Shown piece by piece: positions 9,653 to 21,264 of a stretch of 64,000 nucleotides of DNA (position 1 is the stretch's first letter; each line of letters begins with the position of its first letter). Below the pieces are notes generated by a model. It ran no database searches, was not told the DNA's origin, and worked only from the letters and a program-made list of their open reading frames with translations. The stretch spans positions 5,345-69,344 of the forward strand of contig JAPOVT010000065.1 in the NCBI GenBank assembly GCA_026708015.1. The letters are read 5' to 3'. This DNA is from a bacterium. Lineage in GTDB: Bacteria > Actinomycetota > Acidimicrobiia > Acidimicrobiales > Bin134. The translations under genes and the position numbers were made by a program.

Positions 9653-10882
9653 ATGACCTACTTGCGGCGGCATCTCGATGACCGGCTAGCCCACCTGGCC
9701 AGTGTGCATCCGGCGTGCCTGATTGAAGGCATCCGGGGTGTGGGCAAAACCAGTACCGCCAGCCGTCTCGCGGCATCAACGCTTCGACTTGACCATCCCC
9801 CAACGGCCGATCTGGTGGCCCGCGACCCGGAGGCGGCCTGCGCGACATTGCCAAGGCCATTGCTCATCGACGAATGGCAACGAGTTCCAACGGTGTGGGA
9901 TGCAGTGCGGCGCATGATCGACGACGACCGGTCTCCCGGCCAGTTCCTCTTGAGCGGATCATCCCGAACGGCAATGAGTGCCGATATACATGCTGGTGCT
10001 GGAAGGATCATGCCCCTACGGCTGAGGCCGATGACCCTCTCCGAGAGACGGGGCCACGCCCCCATCGTTGCGCTAGCCGACGCGGGCGAGCACGGGATCG
10101 ACGTGTTGCGAGGCATCAAGTCGCCATTCTCGGCGGCTGAACAAATCTCCCCAACGGTGCATTCAGGCCTGCCCGGCTACCTTGAGATGGATGAGGTTGA
10201 CCACCAGGAAGCGCTGCGTGCCTATTTGGACCTCGCCATTTCACGGGACCTGACCGAGATCGCTGCTGGCCAGCGCAACGTCGGCAAGCTCCGCTCCTAC
10301 TTGCGTGCCTATGGGGCGACCTTGGGTACGACTGCAGAACACGCCACCATCCACAATGCCGCAGAAGTGTCGAAGGCCACCGGCGAGACGTACCACGACC
10401 TATTGGAACGGCTCGGGATTATCGAGCAATTGCCCGGCTGGTCCGACAACCGCCTGAAACGCCTTACCAAACGCCCGAAGCGCCACCTTGTAGACCCAGC
10501 CCTCGCCGCCGCTGACCACTTCGACACTGCGCCGAGATTGAGCGATAACCGGGAGCGTCTCGGCAACCTATTTGAGAGCGCGGCGACCTGCCAGATCAAG
10601 GCAACAGCTGAGGCACTGGGCTTGGGATGGCGGTTCTCCCACCTGCGATCAGCGGGCGGCGAGAATGAGGTCGACCTAATCGCTGACCTTCCCGACGGAG
10701 GAGTGATCGCATTTGAGATCAAGCTTGCTGAGGCAATTTCGACTAGGGACGCCCGACACCTCAGCGCCCTGCGAGACCGATTGGGCGATACCTTCCGCGC
10801 TGGACTCGTCGTCCACCCTGGCGCCACCGCCCACCGCCTCAACGAGCGCATCGCCGCCGCCCCCCTCGGCACCCTGGTCTGA
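9653..10882 (+). CDS. AAA_14 ATPase with DUF4143 and C-terminal PD-(D/E)xK-like domain
   Basis: GIRGVGKT, LIDEWQ, FLLSGS, KRHLVDPAL, GNLFES, EVDLI..IAFEIK. Confidence 0.9.
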   Translation: MTYLRRHLDDRLAHLASVHPACLIEGIRGVGKTSTASRLAASTLRLDHPPTADLVARDPEAACATLPRPLLIDEWQRVPTVWDAVRRMIDDDRSPGQFLLSGSSRTAMSADIHAGAGRIMPLRLRPMTLSERRGHAPIVALADAGEHGIDVLRGIKSPFSAAEQISPTVHSGLPGYLEMDEVDHQEALRAYLDLAISRDLTEIAAGQRNVGKLRSYLRAYGATLGTTAEHATIHNAAEVSKATGETYHDLLERLGIIEQLPGWSDNRLKRLTKRPKRHLVDPALAAADHFDTAPRLSDNRERLGNLFESAATCQIKATAEALGLGWRFSHLRSAGGENEVDLIADLPDGGVIAFEIKLAEAISTRDARHLSALRDRLGDTFRAGLVVHPGATAHRLNERIAAAPLGTLV

Positions 10883-10915
10883 GCGCGTCAAACCAAACTG
10901 CGCTGGCAGCCTTTC

Positions 10916-11605
10916 TCAGCTCACACTGGTCAATCCGTCGCGGAGGGCGGTGAGGAGGGCGGCGGCACCGATGGCGGCGGTTTCGGAGCGCAGGACTGAG
11001 GTGCTGAGGCGGATGGCGGGGAGTTGGCGGCGCTCGGCTTCAGACCAGCCGCCTTCGGGGCCGATGAGGACGGTGGGGTGGTCTAGGGATGGGGGGTTGC
11101 CGGTGATGTCGGCTCGCACGGCTCCGGGCTTAGCGGCCAGATCGGCAAACTCGGCCACTTCGCCGATCTCGGGGATTCGCACTTGGCGACTCTGCATGGC
11201 GGCTTCCCGGGCCACTCGGCGCAATCGCTCGATATGGCGGGTTGCCCGGTCGGAATTCCAGCGCACCACGCTGTGCTCAGCGGTGAACGGCACGATGGCG
11301 TCCACCCCTAGCTCGGTGAGCTTTTGCACGACTAGCTCGGGGCGGCCGCCCTTGATGAGGGCGAAGCCGATGGTGAGCTTGGGGCGGGGAGCCTCGACAT
11401 ACACGGCCTCGCCGTCGGGCTCGTCGTGGGGGCCGGACCCCAGGCGGCACACCCGCCACGAACCGACGCCATCGGAGGCGGTGAAGGAGTCTCCGGGCCG
11501 CAACCGCAGCGACCGGGTGAAGTGATGGCGGTCCTCGTCGCTCAGCTCGGGGTGTTCTAGGTCATCGACAAAGACGTGGGGGCCGTCACCGCCGCCGGGC
11601 TTCAC
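10916..11605 (-). CDS. rsmE: 16S rRNA m3U1498 methyltransferase
   Basis: [32 protein letters not shown]; start uncertain (11605 or 11641). Confidence 0.93.
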   Translation of the reverse strand: MKPGGGDGPHVFVDDLEHPELSDEDRHHFTRSLRLRPGDSFTASDGVGSWRVCRLGSGPHDEPDGEAVYVEAPRPKLTIGFALIKGGRPELVVQKLTELGVDAIVPFTAEHSVVRWNSDRATRHIERLRRVAREAAMQSRQVRIPEIGEVAEFADLAAKPGAVRADITGNPPSLDHPTVLIGPEGGWSEAERRQLPAIRLSTSVLRSETAAIGAAALLTALRDGLTSVS

Positions 11606-12713
11606 GGCGTCGCTTCCTGGTCGTGGGCGCCACCTCTTCACCCCGCAACTCGGCGAGCTGGCGGAGCAGGTCGATCTCGTCGTCGCTCAGCCCAGTGGGC
11701 GTCTCCACCATGGCCTGCACCAGCAGATCGCCCCGGCCCCGGCCCTCCAGCCGGGGAACTCCCCGGCCTCTGATGCGGAACACATCGCCGGACTGGGTGC
11801 CGGCGGGAATCTCCAGGTCTTCCACGCTGTCCAGCGTCTCGTACTTCAAGTCGGCGCCCAGGGCGGCTTGGACCATGGTCAAGTGCAGCCGGTCCACCAG
11901 ATTGTCGCCGTCGCGCTCGAAGCGGGGGTGGGGATACACGTCGATATGCACGTACAGGTCACCAGGAGGACCGCCCCGCGGGCCGGCCGCGCCCCGGCGG
12001 GCCACCCGCAGCGTGGATCCCTGACCCACCCCGGCGGGGACGGTGACCGTGTAGTCCCGGTCGCCCACCACCCGGCCATCGCCCCGGCACTCGCGGCACG
12101 GGTCGGCGATTACCTCGCCGCTGCCCGAGCAGGTGTCGCACACCGTGCGGGTGACCATCTGGCCAAGGATCGACTGGCGCACCCGCTGCACCTGGCCCAT
12201 GCCATCGCAGGTGCCGCAGGTAATGGGCTGGGTTCCCTCGGCCGCGCCCCGGCCCTCGCACTGCTCGCACACCGTGGCGGTGCGCACGGTCACCTCGGCA
12301 TCGGTGCCCAGCACCGCGTCTTCAAAGTCGAGGGTCAGCACCGCTTCCAGGTCGGCACCGCGCTGGGGACCGGTCCGGGCCCTCCCGCCCGCGGTACCGA
12401 ACGGGCTGGACCCAAACGGGCTCGATCCCCCGAAGAAGGCCTCGAAGATGTCGCTCAGGTTCATGCCGGAGAACGGATCGCCCCCTCCGGCCGCCCCCGG
12501 CGCGGTGCCGAAGCGGTCATAGTGGGCTCGCTTATGGGGGTCGCTCAGCGTCTCGTAGGCCAGGGCGATCTCCTTGAACCGGGCCTCGGCTTCAGCGTTG
12601 TCGGGGTTGGCGTCGGGGTGGTACTGGCGGGCCAGCTTGCGAAACGCCTTCTTGAGGTCGTCCTCAGTGGCATCTCGGCCCACGCCGAGCAGCTCGTAGA
12701 AGTCAGCGGCCAT
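11586..12713 (-). CDS. dnaJ: Chaperone DnaJ
   Basis: J domain with HPD, G/F region, four CxxCxGxG repeats. Confidence 0.97.
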   Translation of the reverse strand: MAADFYELLGVGRDATEDDLKKAFRKLARQYHPDANPDNAEAEARFKEIALAYETLSDPHKRAHYDRFGTAPGAAGGGDPFSGMNLSDIFEAFFGGSSPFGSSPFGTAGGRARTGPQRGADLEAVLTLDFEDAVLGTDAEVTVRTATVCEQCEGRGAAEGTQPITCGTCDGMGQVQRVRQSILGQMVTRTVCDTCSGSGEVIADPCRECRGDGRVVGDRDYTVTVPAGVGQGSTLRVARRGAAGPRGGPPGDLYVHIDVYPHPRFERDGDNLVDRLHLTMVQAALGADLKYETLDSVEDLEIPAGTQSGDVFRIRGRGVPRLEGRGRGDLLVQAMVETPTGLSDDEIDLLRQLAELRGEEVAPTTRKRRREARRR

Positions 12714-12717
12714 CGAA

Positions 12718-13731
12718 CTAGGGGGACGACAGCCGATCGCCCAGGTTCTGGCTCACCACCGCCACCGCGGCCAGCGCCTGGGGATAGTTCATGCGGGTGG
12801 GGCCCAGCACCCCGATGGAACCCACCGGCTGACCGGCCACCTCGTAGGGAGCCACGATCAGCGAGCACTCGGCCAGGGTGGCCACCCCGGTTTCCGAGCC
12901 GATGGCCACCGTGAGGCCTCGATCCAGGATGTCTCTCACCAACGAAACAACCACCAACTGCTTCTCCAGTATTCCCAGAACCGAGCGGACCGTCTCGGTG
13001 GCGTCGAACAGCCCGGCCACGCTGGCCGCCCCTCCCACGTAGAGCTGCTCCTCGGCATCGCTCAGATCGGCCAGCGAGTCCAGCACCCGGGCCGCTAGCG
13101 GGGTAAGGGCATAATCCAGCCCGCGGTCTCGCAGGTCACTGGCCGGGCTTCCGGCCAGCAAGTCGGTGAGCTGGGTGGACGCCCGCGCCATCTCCACCGA
13201 GTCGGCAGGCCGGTCCATTTCGATGGTGCGCTTGTCCACCGACCCGTTCTCGTACACCACCAGGGCCATCACCAGCCGCTCCGACAGGTCCACCAAGCTC
13301 ACCGACCGGATAGTGGCGCTGGAGTGCTGGGGGCCCACCACCAGCGCGGCATAGGCGGTGAGGTCGGCCAACAGGGCGCTGGTGTCGGCCAGCATCTGCT
13401 CGAGCTCGCTGTGGGTGGTGTCGAAGAAGGCTCGCACCTGCTGGTGCTCGGTGCGGCCCAGGGTGCCGGACACGTCGGTGAGGGAGTCCACAAAGTGGCG
13501 GTAGCCCTTGTCGGTGGGGATGCGGCCCGCGCTGGTGTGGGGCTGGCTCAGGTATCCGGCCTGCTCCAAGGCCAGCATCTCGTTGCGGACCGTGGCCGGG
13601 GAGACGTCCAAATCGGCGATCTCGGAGACATGGGAGGAGCCCACGGGCTGGGTGGTGGAGATATATCCCTCCACCACGGCCCGCAGCACCGCGGCCTTGC
13701 GGGCCGAGAGCGTCTCGCCTTGGGTTCCCAT
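12718..13731 (-). CDS. hrcA: Heat-inducible transcription repressor
   Basis: [38 protein letters not shown]. Confidence 0.97.
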   Translation of the reverse strand: MGTQGETLSARKAAVLRAVVEGYISTTQPVGSSHVSEIADLDVSPATVRNEMLALEQAGYLSQPHTSAGRIPTDKGYRHFVDSLTDVSGTLGRTEHQQVRAFFDTTHSELEQMLADTSALLADLTAYAALVVGPQHSSATIRSVSLVDLSERLVMALVVYENGSVDKRTIEMDRPADSVEMARASTQLTDLLAGSPASDLRDRGLDYALTPLAARVLDSLADLSDAEEQLYVGGAASVAGLFDATETVRSVLGILEKQLVVVSLVRDILDRGLTVAIGSETGVATLAECSLIVAPYEVAGQPVGSIGVLGPTRMNYPQALAAVAVVSQNLGDRLSSP

Positions 13732-13792
13732 AAGCCTTGAATACTACTGGGGTGGCCTGGGGTGCCACCCGGCAAACGTCGGACAGGCGGTC

Positions 13793-15577
<1,785 letters not shown>

Positions 15578-15727
15578 GGGAACCGAGTAACGCTACCGCC
15601 CTCAATGACTAGGTTCCCATGTGGTTACGGAGAGTTGGAGGATTGAGAAGCCGAGTCATCTGATTGGTCAACGAGGTACTTCCCCCATGTGGTTGGCAGG
15701 GTTGGGGGACGGTAGAGTTGTCATTCT

Positions 15728-15997
15728 GTGGCAAACATCAAGAGCCAGATAAAGCGCAATCGCCAAAACGAGAAGCGCCGCCAACGCAACCGGGCCGTGC
15801 GCTCGGAGGTCATCACCCGAACTCGAACCGCGGAGGCCGCCGCCCAATACGGGGACGCCGAAGAGACCGCCGAGGCGGCCCGCATGGCCATCAAGCGCAT
15901 CGACAAGGCGGCCACCAAGGGCGTGTTGCACCCCAACACCGCCGCCCGGAAGAAGTCCCGCTTGATGAAGCGCCTGGCCCGGCTTCAGGCTGAGTAG
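15728..15997 (+). CDS. rpsT: 30S ribosomal protein S20
   Basis: ANIKSQIKRNRQ, IDKAATKGVLHPNTAARKKSRL. Confidence 0.98.
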   Translation: MANIKSQIKRNRQNEKRRQRNRAVRSEVITRTRTAEAAAQYGDAEETAEAARMAIKRIDKAATKGVLHPNTAARKKSRLMKRLARLQAE

Positions 15998-16018
15998 CCC
16001 CAGTCCAACTCCCAACCT

Positions 16019-17032
16019 CTAGCGGTTCAGCTGGGTCAGACGGGCCACCAGCACCTCCAGCACCCCCTCTGGGGGCACAGCAGAGGCACCTCGCAAGTCC
16101 AAGTCGGCTTGGGCCAGCAGCTCGATCGATCGGGCTACCCGCTTCGACCCCAGCTTCCTCACCTGGCGCAGCGCCTTTCGGGCCGGGAAGGTGGAGCCCT
16201 TGAGGCCCAGCAGCTCGGCCGCCTCCTTCTCGTCGGCCGCGTCGGCCCCGTCCAAGCGCAGCAGCCGGTTGTGGTGGTTGTAGAGGGTGGACAGCACCTG
16301 CATCTCGTTGCGGCCTCCGGCGTGGAGCATGCGGCGCAGTTTGTCCAAGGCGTCGGCGATGTTGCCCGACTCCACCGCATCGGTGAGCTCCCAAGGGGGC
16401 ACCGACCCGGCCTCCCAGATGAACGGGGCCACATCGTCGGCCTCCAATGCCCGATCCGGCCCATAGGCCGACGCCAGCGTGGTGAGCACCGCAGGCAGGC
16501 GGCTCATGTCCTCCCCCAGGTGGTCGGCCAGCAGCCGCTTGGCCCCGGGCCGAAGCCGGAGCCCCGCGGCGGCGATCTGGGTGTCCATCCACTTGGCCGC
16601 GCCGTCGCGGCCCCGGGGTACCCCGGCGCCGACCACCTCACCGCCGGCCTCGGCTACTGCTTCCGATAGGCGCTTGGGCACTGCGTTCAGCCTTTGAAGC
16701 GCCGGCCCCTTCTCCCACACCAGCACCAAATCGGTTGTCTCCAGGGGGTTCTCCAGATAGCCAAGCAATGGGCTGAGCGAATCGACGGTGGAGAATCGGC
16801 CCATCTCCCGGCCCACCACCACCCGCCGCTCGGTGAGGAACGGCGGGGTCTGGGCCGCGTCCACCAGCGGGGCGATGTGGTAGTCGTCGTCTTCCAAGTA
16901 GGCGGCCTCGGTCAGCTCGGCCACCATCAGCGACCGGTCGCCGTCGCCCACCAACTGGGCCACACGGTCGCGCACCGCGTTGGACAACAGCACCTCATCG
17001 TCTCCGTGCAGAAGGACCACCGTGGCGCTCAT
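16019..17032 (-). CDS. holA: DNA polymerase III delta subunit
   Basis: LLHGDD, AQTPPFLTERRVVV, PWELTDAV, LAQADLDLRG; convergent with rpsT, downstream of comEC. Confidence 0.88.
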   Translation of the reverse strand: MSATVVLLHGDDEVLLSNAVRDRVAQLVGDGDRSLMVAELTEAAYLEDDDYHIAPLVDAAQTPPFLTERRVVVGREMGRFSTVDSLSPLLGYLENPLETTDLVLVWEKGPALQRLNAVPKRLSEAVAEAGGEVVGAGVPRGRDGAAKWMDTQIAAAGLRLRPGAKRLLADHLGEDMSRLPAVLTTLASAYGPDRALEADDVAPFIWEAGSVPPWELTDAVESGNIADALDKLRRMLHAGGRNEMQVLSTLYNHHNRLLRLDGADAADEKEAAELLGLKGSTFPARKALRQVRKLGSKRVARSIELLAQADLDLRGASAVPPEGVLEVLVARLTQLNR

Positions 17033-17063
17033 CGCCGGCCCCTAAAGCGTTCAACTGTCGCGC

Positions 17064-17906
17064 TCATGCACACTCCCGTTGGCGTTGGAGGATTGCACTC
17101 ATGAAGTCGGCCACCCGGCGGGTGCCGGCAACATCGTGGGCCCGCAAGATCCGACAGCCCAGCCCGACCCCGAGGGCATGGGCCGCCAGCGTTGCCTCCC
17201 GCCGGTCTCCCACCTCGGTGTCGGTCAGCGCCCCCAAGAACCCCTTGTTGGACACTGACAGGAAGATGGGATAGCCCAAATCCACCAGCTCGTCGGCACG
17301 GCGTAGCAGCTCCGCCGACATCTCGGGGGTCTTGCCCAGATCATGGCCGGCATCGAGCATGACCCGCTGCGGGGGAATACCCGCGTCAACGGCCCATTGG
17401 GCCCGCTCGGCCAGAAACCGGCCCACCTCTCCCACCAGGTCGTCGTATACCGGCTCGGGATCGGCCACCCTCGGCGCCAACCGCACATGGCAGGCCACCA
17501 CTGATGCCCTCGCTTCTGCCGCCTCGTGTAGGAAGTCGGGGTCGGCGAACCCGCTGATGTCGTTGCCCACCACCGCCCCGGCAGCGTAGCTCTCCCGGGC
17601 CACCGAGGCCCGCCAGGTGTCCACCGATATGGGCAGGTCGAAGCGCTTCCGCAGCGCCTCTATGGCTGGCACCACCCGGTCCATCTCCTCGGCCTCGGTC
17701 ACCTCAGGGCCAGGACCGGCCTTCACCCCGCCCACGTCCAAGAAGTCGGCCCCCTCGGCCACCAGCTCATCCGCCTTGGCCAAAAAAGCGTCGAAATCCC
17801 AGTACTGACCGGCGTCATAGAACGAGTCAGGCGTGCGGTTCAAGATCCCCATGACCAGGGCCCGGGTGGTCACGTCATAGCGATGCGGCCCCAGCTCCAC
17901 AATCAC
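17064..17906 (-). CDS. folP: Dihydropteroate synthase family protein
   Basis: VMGILNRTPDSFYD, DVGGVKAGPG, ISVDTW, SNKGF, LRAHDV. Confidence 0.9.
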   Translation of the reverse strand: MIVELGPHRYDVTTRALVMGILNRTPDSFYDAGQYWDFDAFLAKADELVAEGADFLDVGGVKAGPGPEVTEAEEMDRVVPAIEALRKRFDLPISVDTWRASVARESYAAGAVVGNDISGFADPDFLHEAAEARASVVACHVRLAPRVADPEPVYDDLVGEVGRFLAERAQWAVDAGIPPQRVMLDAGHDLGKTPEMSAELLRRADELVDLGYPIFLSVSNKGFLGALTDTEVGDRREATLAAHALGVGLGCRILRAHDVAGTRRVADFMSAILQRQRECA

Positions 17907-17916
17907 ACCGGCGACG

Positions 17917-19695
17917 CTACACCGCGCTGGTGTCGGGTGACAGGGTTACCGACACCGTCAGACGGGGGTCGTGGGAGGTCACCTCTACTATGAGGTCTCC
18001 AACCAGGACTTGTTGGCCGGTGCGGATGGTGGTGGCGCCGCCGATGCGGTGGCCGGGCGGAGCGATGACCGTTCCCACCCACATCCGCTCTTTGAGCGAG
18101 AGAATCTGGTCGCGCTGGGCCCGGGTGCCCCGGTCGGCTACTACCGCATCCACGGCTTCAACCCCGGCCCGGCGCAAGTCCTCGAGTAGCCGTTCGGTCG
18201 ACCGGTTGGCGCCCAGAATGACCACTGTCGCGTGGTGATGGCGCCACACTTCGACGCCGGAGTCGAGCACGGCGTGGAACGGAGGATCGGCGATCCGCAG
18301 GGCCACCGCCGGCACCAACAGCGCCATGGCCAATCCCCCGGCGGCCGCCGCCCGCAGCAGTCGACGCCGGGCCAACCACCAGACGACCGCGCCCATGGCC
18401 ACTGCGACCAGATGCGGGATTTGCAGCTCGCCCAGTCGAGCTGACGCCGCCCAGCCGGCCACCGCCTGGATCCAGCCAATGCCCACGCTGGTGGGCCAAT
18501 GGATGACCTGGGCAAGCGGACCGCCCACCAGTCCGGCCACCACGCCGGCCGACAGACTCCACATCATGATCGGCCCGGCCACCGGGGCGGCCAGCAGGTT
18601 GGCGGGCAAAGAGGCCACCGGCACCCCGCCGAAGGTGGCGATCAGCAGCGGTGACACGGCCAACTGTGCTGAGATGGTCACGGCCACCGCGTCGGCCAAT
18701 ATCCGAGGACCGGGTAAGCGCTCGGCGAGGCGGGGGGACCACAAGATGATGCCCGTCGAAGCGGCCACTGACAGCCGGAAGGCCACCGAATGAACCAACA
18801 GCGGATCAACCAGCACCAACAGGGCCACGGCCAGGGCCAGCACACGGCGGCTAGAGGCCTCGCGCCCCACGAGGGTGGCGGTGGCGGCGATGGCGGCCAT
18901 GGCTGAGGCCCGCAGCACCGACGGCTCAAACCGGGTGACCAGAGCGAAAAAGCCGATGGCCCCCAGGGTGAGCACCCAGCGGCCCCGGTAGTCGAACTGC
19001 TCGATCAGGGGTCGGGCCAAGATGAGCACGAAGGCCACGTTCTGGCCCGACACGGCCAGCAGATGGGTGAGCCCCGAGGCCCGAAAGTCATCGGACACCA
19101 CCGGCGACTGGTGGCGGTCGTCGCCGTACGACAGCCCGGTGAACAGGGCGAGGCGGTCGCCGTCCATCGTCTGAGCGCCCCGGGCGATGGTTCGTCGCAG
19201 CCAGTTGGCCAGCCGATAGGGAACAGGTCCATCCTGATGACCGTGGATGCGGTCGATGTTCAGCCGATTGGCGATATGGCGGGCCGCTTGGTAGTCGGGA
19301 AGCGGCAGGATCGGCCGGACGCTACCGGCGACGTTGACGCGGTCCCCTGCCAATCGTTTGCTCAGGTCTCGGGCGGCGCGGCCGTAGGCCCAAGCCTCAT
19401 AGCGTCGTCCGTCCGCCCGCACGAACACCCGCATCCCCTCGCCCACTGGCACCGGATCGGACACCAGGGCGGCTTCGCCGTCAAACGCTGAAGGTTCAAG
19501 GGGATCGAGGCCCGCCCAGGCCCGCGCTCCCAGCGACGAACTCAGCAGCACGACCGCGGCCACCAGCAGCCACGGCCGGCGGACGGCCAGGGCAACAACC
19601 CCCAGGACAATCGCCGGAACCAGCGGGACGGCCGCCGACCACCAGGCACCGGCCAGAGCGGCGACGGCCAACGCCACCGCGTGGCGGTCACTCAT
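17917..19695 (-). CDS. comEC: Competence membrane channel ComEC/Rec2
   Basis: GLTHLLAVSGQNV, EPSVLRA, FRLSVAA, ANLLA; many TM segments; follows comEA. Confidence 0.92.
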   Translation of the reverse strand: MSDRHAVALAVAALAGAWWSAAVPLVPAIVLGVVALAVRRPWLLVAAVVLLSSSLGARAWAGLDPLEPSAFDGEAALVSDPVPVGEGMRVFVRADGRRYEAWAYGRAARDLSKRLAGDRVNVAGSVRPILPLPDYQAARHIANRLNIDRIHGHQDGPVPYRLANWLRRTIARGAQTMDGDRLALFTGLSYGDDRHQSPVVSDDFRASGLTHLLAVSGQNVAFVLILARPLIEQFDYRGRWVLTLGAIGFFALVTRFEPSVLRASAMAAIAATATLVGREASSRRVLALAVALLVLVDPLLVHSVAFRLSVAASTGIILWSPRLAERLPGPRILADAVAVTISAQLAVSPLLIATFGGVPVASLPANLLAAPVAGPIMMWSLSAGVVAGLVGGPLAQVIHWPTSVGIGWIQAVAGWAASARLGELQIPHLVAVAMGAVVWWLARRRLLRAAAAGGLAMALLVPAVALRIADPPFHAVLDSGVEVWRHHHATVVILGANRSTERLLEDLRRAGVEAVDAVVADRGTRAQRDQILSLKERMWVGTVIAPPGHRIGGATTIRTGQQVLVGDLIVEVTSHDPRLTVSVTLSPDTSAV

Positions 19696-19741
19696 CTCGG
19701 GCCGGCGACCACACGTTGGCGGTGCCGCCTCTGTCTGGCGC

Positions 19742-20425
19742 TCACACGGCGACCAGGGCCCGGATCTGTTCGAGTTTGCTGGGACCGATGCCCGACACCG
19801 CCAGCAACCCGTCAACAGAGGCAAACCCGCCGATCCGCTGTCGGTGTTCGATAATGGCCGCAGCAATGGCCGGCCCTACCCCGGGCAGCGACTCCAACTG
19901 CTCGGCGGTGGCAATGTTGAGGTTGAGTGGCCCGGAGCGGGCCTGCGCTCCACCGCCCCCTGACCCGCTTCCGCCCACCGGGGCGGGCACGGTGGTCTGG
20001 CCAATTCGCGGGAAGTACATCCATAGGCCGTCGGAGAGCGGAGCAGCCAGGTTCACCCGGTCGTGGTCGGCATCAGGGGTCAGCCCCCCGGCGGCCTGGA
20101 CCAAGTCGTGGACTCGGGCCTCCCCCCGGAACAAGTACACCCCCGGGGTATGAACCGCACCGGCGGCGTGGACCAGGATCGGAGTCGGCTCAACCGATGG
20201 TGTTGCGGCAACCGGCAGCGGTGTGGCCATAGGAATGATCGCCTCTGGCCGGGGGGTGCCGTTGGCACCGACCATCAGGTAGGCGGCCACTGCGATGGCA
20301 GCCACCAACCCGGCCCCGGCCATCAGCAGTCGGGGGCCGGTGATCAGATGGCGGTAGTCATCCCACATCTCCCGGACCCGTTCCGCGGGAGTCAACCGAG
20401 GAGGAGGAAGCGAGGGTTCTTCCAT
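19742..20425 (-). CDS. comEA: Competence DNA receptor ComEA
   Basis: TM segment, SLBB (VHAAGAVHTPGVY), HhH (LNLNIATAEQLESLPGVGPAIA). Confidence 0.95.
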   Translation of the reverse strand: MEEPSLPPPRLTPAERVREMWDDYRHLITGPRLLMAGAGLVAAIAVAAYLMVGANGTPRPEAIIPMATPLPVAATPSVEPTPILVHAAGAVHTPGVYLFRGEARVHDLVQAAGGLTPDADHDRVNLAAPLSDGLWMYFPRIGQTTVPAPVGGSGSGGGGAQARSGPLNLNIATAEQLESLPGVGPAIAAAIIEHRQRIGGFASVDGLLAVSGIGPSKLEQIRALVAV

Positions 20426-20509
20426 AGCCGTTTCCGGACGCGACGCGCTGCCTTTGCGAGAGGGGAAGCACCTGGATTATATCAGAAATAAATAAAAATA
20501 GTCTTTGGC

Positions 20510-21217
20510 TCAATAGAGCTGGGTGGTGAGGCGCCGACGATAGACCGAGGTGCGGGGATCGTCAGACCCCATGATCTCCAACAGGTCCACAAATTCCTGG
20601 CGGGCGTCCGGATCGGCCTTCACCCGGCCCAGCAGATCGTCGAGGCGGGCCTCGACATCTCCGTTGTCGGCGGCCCCCGGGCCGGTGCGGGCCAACGCGG
20701 CGATACGACGGACCTCGGCGGTCTCGGGAATCCGCTCCAGCAGATCGAGGGCCTCCTCGCCCCGACCATCAGCCACCAGCAAGTCGGCTAGCCCCACCAC
20801 GGCGTCCTCGTGGTCGGCGTCCAGTTCCAACGCCCGCCGCAGAGAGTCCTCGTCGCCGGCGGCCACCAAAGCCTCCACCTCGCTCTCCTTTTCGGTGGGA
20901 ATCAGACGCTGCACGAACTCGGCCACCGCGGCCTCGCCCTGGGCGCCGATGAATCCGTCCACCACCTTGCCGTCGCTCATGGCGTACACCGCGGGAATGC
21001 TCTGCACCTGGAACGCCTGGGCAGTCTGCGGGTTGTCGTCCACGTTGACCTTGGCCAGCTCCACCGCCCCGTCGGTGGCCGCCACCGCTTGCTCCAGGAT
21101 CGGCCCCAGGGTCTTGCACGGACCGCACCACGGCGCCCACAAGTCCACCACCACCGCCACGGTGTGGGAGCGCTCGACTACCTCAGCGGCAAACGTCGCA
21201 TCAGTCACATCAGCCAT
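20510..21217 (-). CDS. Thioredoxin-TPR chaperedoxin (YbbN/CnoX-like)
   Basis: WCGPC thioredoxin domain followed by TPR-like helical region ending YRRRLTTQLY. Confidence 0.9.
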   Translation of the reverse strand: MADVTDATFAAEVVERSHTVAVVVDLWAPWCGPCKTLGPILEQAVAATDGAVELAKVNVDDNPQTAQAFQVQSIPAVYAMSDGKVVDGFIGAQGEAAVAEFVQRLIPTEKESEVEALVAAGDEDSLRRALELDADHEDAVVGLADLLVADGRGEEALDLLERIPETAEVRRIAALARTGPGAADNGDVEARLDDLLGRVKADPDARQEFVDLLEIMGSDDPRTSVYRRRLTTQLY

Positions 21218-21264
21218 CGGCTACCTCTCATCGACCCTGAGGGAACGCTACCCTCACCAATTGC

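Noticed and set aside
13732..13792. CIRCE element upstream of hrcA
   Set aside because: Only a GGGTGGC-N7-GCCACCC inverted repeat; it does not fit TTAGCACTC-N9-GAGTGCTAA.
20465..20505. AT-rich tract upstream of comEA as a special element
   Set aside because: Adequately explained as a promoter (TATAAT on the minus strand); no clear operator symmetry.
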